Notes under the pieces: generated by a model
Databases searched by the model: none
Told to the model about the DNA's origin: nothing
The model's input: the letters and a program-made list of their open reading frames with translations, nothing else
In this document: positions 56,729 through 64,000 of the stretch, piece by piece
Position numbering within the stretch: position 1 is the stretch's first letter
Layout: each line of letters starts with the position of its first letter
From: the human T2T-CHM13v2.0 reference genome, Homo sapiens
Reading direction: 5' to 3' (one strand)
DNA: 64,000 bases
Assembly (NCBI RefSeq): GCF_009914755.1
Contig: NC_060934.1
Program-made: the position numbers and the translations under genes

Positions 56729-57048
56729 TGTCTGTGTGTTTATTTATTGACTCATTAACCTGTAGGATCAGTCTAGGAACAAAACTAGAAAATCTGGTGG
56801 TCCCTGTAAAAGCGAATATAATTATGAACACCCTTGAAAACAGAAAGGGAAAAGTGTTAACTGACAGAAGTTAGGACTCAGAAAGTTGAAGAAATAGGGA
56901 CGTCAATCTCCACGTGTTATAAAAAAGAAGGTCACCATTTTGTGAAACTCATCATGTTACTGAAGAAGAATGAGGGGCTTGTTTTATTTACATTACGATT
57001 TATTTAAAGAATAGTTAGTTCTGAATACCTAAAGTTAGAAAATACCAT

Positions 57049-57930
57049 TGTGTGGGGCTGTGCAAGATTTTGGTTCGCCTGCACGATAATAACAATCGCC
57101 AACTCGCTCCTGCCTCTCCACACTCACGCCCTGTGAGTGTCCCTCCCACGCTGACCCTGGACTTCACCATGGACCTGCACTGGCCAGTGAGACAGGAGTG
57201 AATGTTACATAAGCAGAGGCTTAAAAACTGCAGGCATGGCCAGGCGTGAGGGCTCACACCTGCAATCCCAGCATTCTGGGAGGCCGAGATGGGTGGATCA
57301 CTTGAGGTCAGGAGTTGGAGACCAGCCTAGCCAACGTTGCAAACCCCGTCTCTACTAAAAATACAGAAATTAGCTCGGTGTAGTGGTATGCACCTGTAAT
57401 CCTGGCTATTTGGGTGGCTTGAACCCGGGAGGCAGAGGTTGCAGTGAGCCAAGATTGCGCCACTGCACTCCAGCACTCCAGACTGGGCAACAGAGTGAGA
57501 CTCTGTCTCAAAAACGAACAAACAAATAATACACATGCACACTGCGGCTGTCCTCTCTGTCGTTCCTAAAACCAACCCTGCAACCTTGATGTGAGAAACA
57601 TGGTCCTGATGTGAGAGGCACGTGACCAGACACCCTCTGTTCACCAAGACGCAAGTAAGTGACAACCATCTTCAGCCAGTCAGCCACCAGGCAAAATGGC
57701 AGATGACCTGATGCACAAGGGACACATTATTAGCTCGTGACTTGTGGGTCAGCAATTTGAGCTGGGCTCAAAATAACAAAATCATGAGATAGGTCGCTGA
57801 GAAAAGCCCAAGAACTGTCCAACTGAGCCCAGCTCAAATTGGAGATTCACAAAATCGTGAGCTACATAAACAGCCATTATTCAGAAGCTCTCTATTTGGG
57901 GATGGTTTGCTGTCCCACAAAAGCTAAGGT
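57049..57930 (+). mobile_element. MLT1G/H-like LTR split by an Alu
   Basis: aagcagaggcttaaaaa, gaactgtccaactgagcccagc and tttggggatggtttgctg. Confidence 0.65.
57238..57527 (+). mobile_element. AluS (Sz-like) with a small internal deletion and a cactccag duplication
   Basis: ggatcacttgaggtcaggag; gaggcaggagaatcgc is missing before ttgaacccgggagg. Confidence 0.92.
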
Positions 57931-60837
57931 TTCGGCTGTGCAGCAACAGACAACGAAAACTATCTTCCTCTTTCACAAGATGTCAACAGCCATTGTCTAA
58001 AATTGACACACCCAGAGATCAAGATATCAACTGTGTAATTATAAAGGAAAAGTTAACTCGCAAAAACGCAAGACATAAAATAAAAGTGCATCGATCGGAA
58101 GAGGCTGCCCGTGGGGTGGAGGCCCGGGGTCCTGGGGCAGGAGGCCCTTGCTCATCACCAGCCATCTCCCTCCATGAGTACAGGCACATGAGTAAAAATA
58201 AGTATGAAAAAGTGTGACCGTGAAGCATGAGAAATGCCAGGAGCAGAAGTGTCAGGTGCACCCACATGGAACAGGCACGTGCTTTCATCCGGGGGTTCAA
58301 GGAGTTCATCCAGGGGAGAGGGAGGTTTACGTTCAGAACAGGCAGCCCTGGGAGAGTGGAGCATGCAGAGTGGGGGTGCTTTGGGAGTAGGTGGGGAGGG
58401 GCCTCTCAGCAGCTGGCTAAGATTCTTTAAGGTGCGCTGGAAGAAACTGCAAGAAGTGTGATGCCCCCATGGTTGAGGTGGAGGGGACAGTTAGAGTTTG
58501 TCTCCAGAGTACACAGCAGTGAGCTCTCACTCCCTGTGGTAGCCCCTTCCAGCCATGGCCAGGACTTCGGTCTCAGTAACGCCCAGGGTGCCGTGGAACT
58601 CCCTGGGGAGGGTCTGGTTAGGATGGCCAATTGGGGAGGGCTTCCAGAGCTCAAAGCCATTGAAATCCTGGCCCAGGCTGAAAGAGTTTTACCTGTGGAC
58701 GAAGTCACCTGCGCACTTTCAACAGTGCCGTGGACTAGTGGGCCCAGGTGTCCCCCAGGGAGAGAAGACATCAGCAGCTGCCTAGAGTCTCCATGCCACC
58801 ACCCCCTAGATGGGCAGGGAACTGTGAAATCCCATGTCCATGAGCACAGGCAGGGCCAGGTGTCTTCCTGCCCAGGACACTGGGGAACAGGAAGAGCATC
58901 AGTAACATAGGCAGATGCTGCAGGGGGACTGGGTGGGAGTGTGCTGGGCACAGGGGAGTGGGGGAGCCCCTCAGCTGCTGGAAGGCACCTGGACAAAGCC
59001 CAGCTCCACCCAAGAAATTGGCTTGCTACCCTGCCCCCGGCCACAGATCTTGGCTGATGGGAGCCTGGTGGGATCTTTTGAGCTCCTGAAAGGTCTCATT
59101 GGTACTGCTGCCACCAGTGTGCAGAGCAGGGCACTGTGACCCCAACACACACCAGAGAAAGTGTCAGCAAAACCTAATTAAAGAGTGAGATGAAAGGAGC
59201 CTGCAGGAGCAATGATAATTACAGCATTTAATCCACCAGGCAGCGTGGCCAGGCCTACCTCTTTGGGGTTCTCTGAGTTTGTTTATGATAAATTATTTTT
59301 GGGAATAACAGCCAACATCATAGCTTGTTAATTGGTTTAAAATAATAATTTTTTTTTTTAAAAAAACTGAGAAGTTGAAGTCGACATTAGCTTCCTAAAA
59401 GCCCACAGTCACTTCCCTTGAAGAGGGCTTCCCTCCCTCCAGCCTTCTGCATTTCCACCCAAAACGAGGGGGCGGCTCTCCGGGGGCAGCGACAGGAAAT
59501 ATGACCAAGCCCGCAGCTCACGGTCCTCCCTGGGAAACTACGTGTCCTGCCCACAGGCCGCCGCCACATGTGGCTCTCTGGTAACCTTCAGTGGCGACAG
59601 CCCAGAACAGGCAGGGACCTTCCCGAGGCGCTCCTGCCACTGCTCCTCGGTACAGGTTAGTGTATCATCCTCATAAAGAGCTGGTCGAGTTCGGAGTTGG
59701 CGGGAGGGGTGCAGTGGGTGGGAAGTGCGCACGGGGCCTTTGTATCAGAGCTCTGTGGGGTGGGCTGCAGGGCCTCATGGAAGGGCTGGCCAGGAGTCCT
59801 GCAAGGGCCTGGGTGGCAGAGGCCTCGGGTGGATGGGAGTGTAGGTGGGAAGAGTTCCCAGAGCAGGCAGCGCCAGGGAGCAAGGTCCAGGGCCCTTGCT
59901 GAGTTGATGGGAATGACGGGGTAAACAGAGGCCGAGAGCCCCCCAAGGGCCGGGTCTTCTGGAAACACTGAGGCTGTGGTGAGACACAGAGAACCAGCCC
60001 TGCTGGGTTCATGAGAGCCACAGCCTTGGTTGGGCACCTCCTGGGTATAGGGCCCATCCCCTGGCTGGAGGGGGGATTGCACCTCAGCCTGGCTGTGTGG
60101 CTCAAAGCCTAGCAGGGAGATGGCACCTCGTGCATGACAGTGGCAGAGGGGTGGCTGCACTCAGTGAGGCTTTCTGGGGGTGGCACGAGCTGAGTGCTGG
60201 AGGATGAGCAATTGTTGGCCAGAAGCATGGCGAGCACCATGAAGGAAGGCTGGGGGCCAAGAGGCTCAGGAAGTGCTGAGCAAGGAGAGAAGAGGGGCAG
60301 GTGTGTGCTGGAGAGGGCGGCCATGCTGGACCTGGAGGGGTCTGCTGGTCAGGCCAGGGTGGGACCCAGTGATGGAGGCTGGGAGGTGGGCAGGGCAGGC
60401 CCCACATGACTGGGACAGCACACTACAGTCTCCACAAGGATGCGGAAAGTTATGATGAGAGGAGGCATTTCCCAGTTGGAGAAGAACGGCAAAAAACAGA
60501 GGACAAGTTAGGGGCTTGTGAATCTCCTCCTCTCCCTCCCCTGCCCCACCGCACCCCACCCCACCCCACAGGGAGCTCCTCCTTCCGTGGTGGGTGCCTG
60601 CCTGAGCCAGAACTCCGGGATGACTCAGGGATGCGGCAGAAGTCCGTAGCAAAGGAGCTTGGTCCAAAGAGGAGGAATTGGGCAGCCACCTTCCAGCCTT
60701 GAGGCTGGGCCATCCCCAGAAGTGAGACGGCCTCCCAGCCACACACCCCTACAAGGCATCCCCCTGCCGGGAGCATAGAGGTGGGGGCCGCACACTCAGC
60801 GGACAGGACTCTGAGACTCAGAGTTCAAACCAAATAG

Positions 60838-61013
60838 CAGGCGCCCTCTCGCCCACGACGCCGGCGCTGCGGCACAACAGATTCCCAAGCTGGTGGGGTG
60901 AGATGTGTAGGGAGGGGAGTATGCCCAGGCGCCCTCTCACCCACGACACCGGCGCTGCGGCACAACAGATTCCCAAGCTGGTGGGGTGAGATGTGTAGGG
61001 AGGGGAGTATGCC
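60838..61013 (+). repeat. 88-bp tandem duplication, 2 copies, CpG-rich
   Basis: Copies start at 60838 and 60926 and differ by only two G-to-A changes. Confidence 0.95.
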
Positions 61014-61784
61014 AGCTCGTTCAGCAGCCACCAAGCCCAGGTGCCACAGTGCCATCCCAAAACAGGAAAGTAAACTGAATTACACACATAGGCACACATC
61101 CACACCACACACAGCGACGGACACATTTTCACTGGAGGTGGTTGCCCATGCTGTGCCTACTCAAAGGTACCCTGTGCTGGGCAGACACAAAGTGGCTTGC
61201 ATGTGTATATTAGTTTCCATTAATTACTATAAATTGAATATTAGATATTCAAGTCTTACACATTCCCCACAGCAAATTATATCCTCGCCTTCCTTTCTAC
61301 CATTATCACATTCTGAAACACGCATATGTAGATCAGCATCACCTACCAGCCCCAGGCTGGGTTTAATTCCTATTCTGTCCCCAGGAGCTCCTTCCTTAAG
61401 TGTCCTCAGTCAAGAACCAAATGATTCTTGAACTCTGGCAAGACCCACCCCTGGTCGAGGCCCTGAGGCTTATGAATGTGAGATAAGGCTTCTGTGGCAG
61501 AGGAGTTATCAGATGGTGAGAAGGACAAGATAGAACACATGTGGTGAAAAGAACCCTGGAAGAATAACCACCCTCAATGGTGGCAGCACACCCAAGAGAT
61601 TTTAGAGGAGATGAGCTTTCCCTTCTCTGTCCCCATCATCCATCCTTGATCAATTCACACATCTGGTCCATTTACCCTTTTCCAAATGATTCTCAAACCT
61701 GATTCTCAAACAAGGCTCTCTCTCCATCCCCACCACCAGCAGCACCACCTCTCCCCTGCCTCCTGCCATGGCCTCAATCAGATC

Positions 61785-62228
61785 ACTCACTCACAAACAC
61801 TGTAAATTCACACTGACACACCCATGTGACTCAGGTGCACACACGCATACACACGACTCACACACAGGTAAACTCACATACACACACTAAATTCACACCC
61901 ACATACCCACATGACTCAGGTGCACATACACACACACATGCATACACTCACACACACAGGTAAACTCACACACATTGTAAATTCACACCCACATACTCAC
62001 ATGACTCATATGCACACACACACATGCACACACATGATACACACACTGGTAAATTCACACACACACGACACACACATACGCTGGTAAACACACCCACACA
62101 CCCACATGACACACACAAACACACACTACTCACACACAACTCTCTCACACACAACTCACACACACACGACTCACACACACTGATAAACTCACACCCACAC
62201 ACCCACAGGACACACACACACACGACAC
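61785..62228 (+). repeat. CA-rich cryptic minisatellite with recurring taaaYtcacac and catgactca motifs
   Basis: Direct inspection. Confidence 0.88.
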
Positions 62229-63244
62229 AGATGCCACCCAGGACTGGACCCAGGTCTTGGCAGGAAATGTCAGAGCCAGGACAATGACAGAAAGGTCTCC
62301 ATGTCCCTAGCACTGAGGCCGTATTAATTATGACCTTGAGAGAGGTTAAGTCACAAAGCACACCAGGCTGATCTCTCTCTCTCTCTCTGCCCTCCTTGGC
62401 TCGGAGGGCCACACTCCACCCGTCAGCCACACCTGGTGCCCAGTACCTTCCCGTAGCCTTGCCTCCCCCACGCAGGCCAATGGACTCTTCCCGTGACCCC
62501 CTAGACTATCTCTGCCTTGGGCTGTGTGTGGCTGGAGGGCCATCTTAGCCTAGTTCGGGACAGGCAGGAACACAGGGAATGAGAGCCCCCGTGCTGCCCT
62601 CAAACACATGCAGCTGAGAGTCACTGGGAAAAACATAGCTTTGCTCCCTGAGTGGGACACTCTCAACATGCACTAGGCTTTCTGCCCAAGTCTCCGGCAG
62701 AGCTGAGCCCCAGTGCCATGGGGTGTCATGCCCGGCAGAGGCTCCTTCTGCTCCCATCACAGTCCCCCCAACCGGTGCTCGCATCCAGTCTTTGTCTCAG
62801 AGTCGGCTTCTGACTGGGGGTGCCCAGCCCTCCAGGTCATGCCCATCCCTGGAATGGTGCCCTAGGCCGCCCTCGGCAGGACCAGCCGCCCCGGGGAGAG
62901 GCAGGATGGGATGGAGCTGACCTGGTGCACAGAGGCGATGCCTCTGACTTGGGGCACTGAATCCTCCTAAGGGAAAAGGTTCCCTCTCACGCTCACTTGT
63001 AAACAGCCAGAACCCAGCCTGATGCTGGGAATCCAGCAGGGACTCAGCAAAAGTGGGGCGGCTGACTGATTCATCAGGTGGGGGCTGGGACAAAATGATT
63101 TATTTACAAAAGCTCAGGTTTACTCTTTGCATTGTGCTACAGTCCATTGTCTTAAGCAGATATAAGTGATTGTTCCTGCCTTCTTAGCAGAGGCAATATC
63201 ACTGTTGAAGAAAAATAAAGGGAATACAGCAAGCTCTGGAAAGC

Positions 63245-63403
63245 CACCCGGCTACCCCAGCATAGGGGCTTCCATGGCCCTGGCAGTGGCTCCACCCAGG
63301 TCCCCAGTATAGGGGCTTCCACAGCCCTGACAATGGCTCCACCCGGCTACCCCAGCGTAGGGGCTTTCACGGCCCTGACAGTGGCTCCACCCGGGTCCCC
63401 AGC
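63245..63403 (+). repeat. 47/48-bp alternating minisatellite (95-bp higher-order unit), about 3.3 copies
   Basis: ccacccggctaccccagc..ggggctt..gccctg alternates with ccacccRggtccccag. Confidence 0.9.
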
Positions 63404-63714
63404 AGCTGTTTAAAGCAGCATCCCTGAGTCCCTGGAGGACAGTGGCCCTCTCCAGCCATGGCAAACGCACACTGGGGTCCTTGCAGCCCAGTAGCATGTT
63501 TCTTTCTTTTTTGTTGTAATTATCATAAATTTTGTTCTTTTTTGAAAGCCTCAGAAGTAAGCTTTCTTTCTACTTGTGCGAACTTTCAAAATATATATCA
63601 CCAGTCTAAACTGGAATCACATATCCACTCTCCCGCTCCTGGTTCTACCTGGCTGGGCGCTCCATGGGTACGACGGCCACACTCGCTGGCTCACGCATTA
63701 CTGGCTTGCTTAAC

Positions 63715-63793
63715 CTGAGCAGCCGAGGCTGTGCTCCCCTCCTTTTCAAATCGTTGCAGGGAAACAAAAGCACTCCGCCTGGCAAATAAGAAC
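63715..63793 (-). other. Candidate 79-nt exon
   Basis: gctgctttctctccccag|GTTCTT...GCTCAG|gttaag. Confidence 0.28.
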
Positions 63794-64000
63794 CTGGGGA
63801 GAGAAAGCAGCACTCTCTGCTTGTTCACAGAATAATTCAAACACTGTCTCCTCCCAGCAAAGAAAGCTCTGCTCCCAGAAAGGAGCACACACCTGTCCCA
63901 GCATTCAGAAAGAACGCAAGAGCAAACACTGTTCGGGGCAGCCAGGGACACCCTGGAGGAATAAAGCCGCACGGTTTGAGTCACGGGGCACCAAGGAGGT

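Noticed and set aside
59619-59680. Minus-strand exon-like segment (LYEDDTLTCTEEQWQERLGK)
   Set aside because: The donor gtccct is poor and there is no other support.

Overview
Primate (human-like) nuclear genomic DNA from a GC-rich, subtelomere-style region. It is not prokaryotic, and I found no rRNA, tRNA or CRISPR array. Most of what can be identified is interspersed repeat: L1 of several ages, AluY/S/J, MaLR (MST/MLT) LTRs, one ERV1-class LTR, L2, MIR, HAL1, and Tigger4/MER46 and Zaphod/MER115 DNA transposons. There are also several minisatellites, the largest a 19-copy 39-bp VNTR at 42420-43160. I recognise no known protein: the long ORFs in the track are explained by L1 ORF2, Alu, tandem repeats or GC-rich chance ORFs. 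The main structure that repeats do not explain is a chain of minus-strand candidate exons (polypyrimidine-AG ... GT/GC signals) from 63.8 kb down to a candidate last exon with AATAAA at 9.5 kb. It includes a cluster of 9-41 nt micro-exon candidates at 26-30.5 kb, and several exons can be joined into a stop-free frame of 160-200+ codons. This model was built by eye and is a hypothesis. The best-supported curiosities are a four-layer nested retrotransposon, an internally inverted MST provirus, a trimeric Alu, a 51-bp Alu with a 17-bp TSD, and an inverted duplication inside an MLT1 LTR. Repeat subfamily names are recalled from consensus sequences, not from a search.
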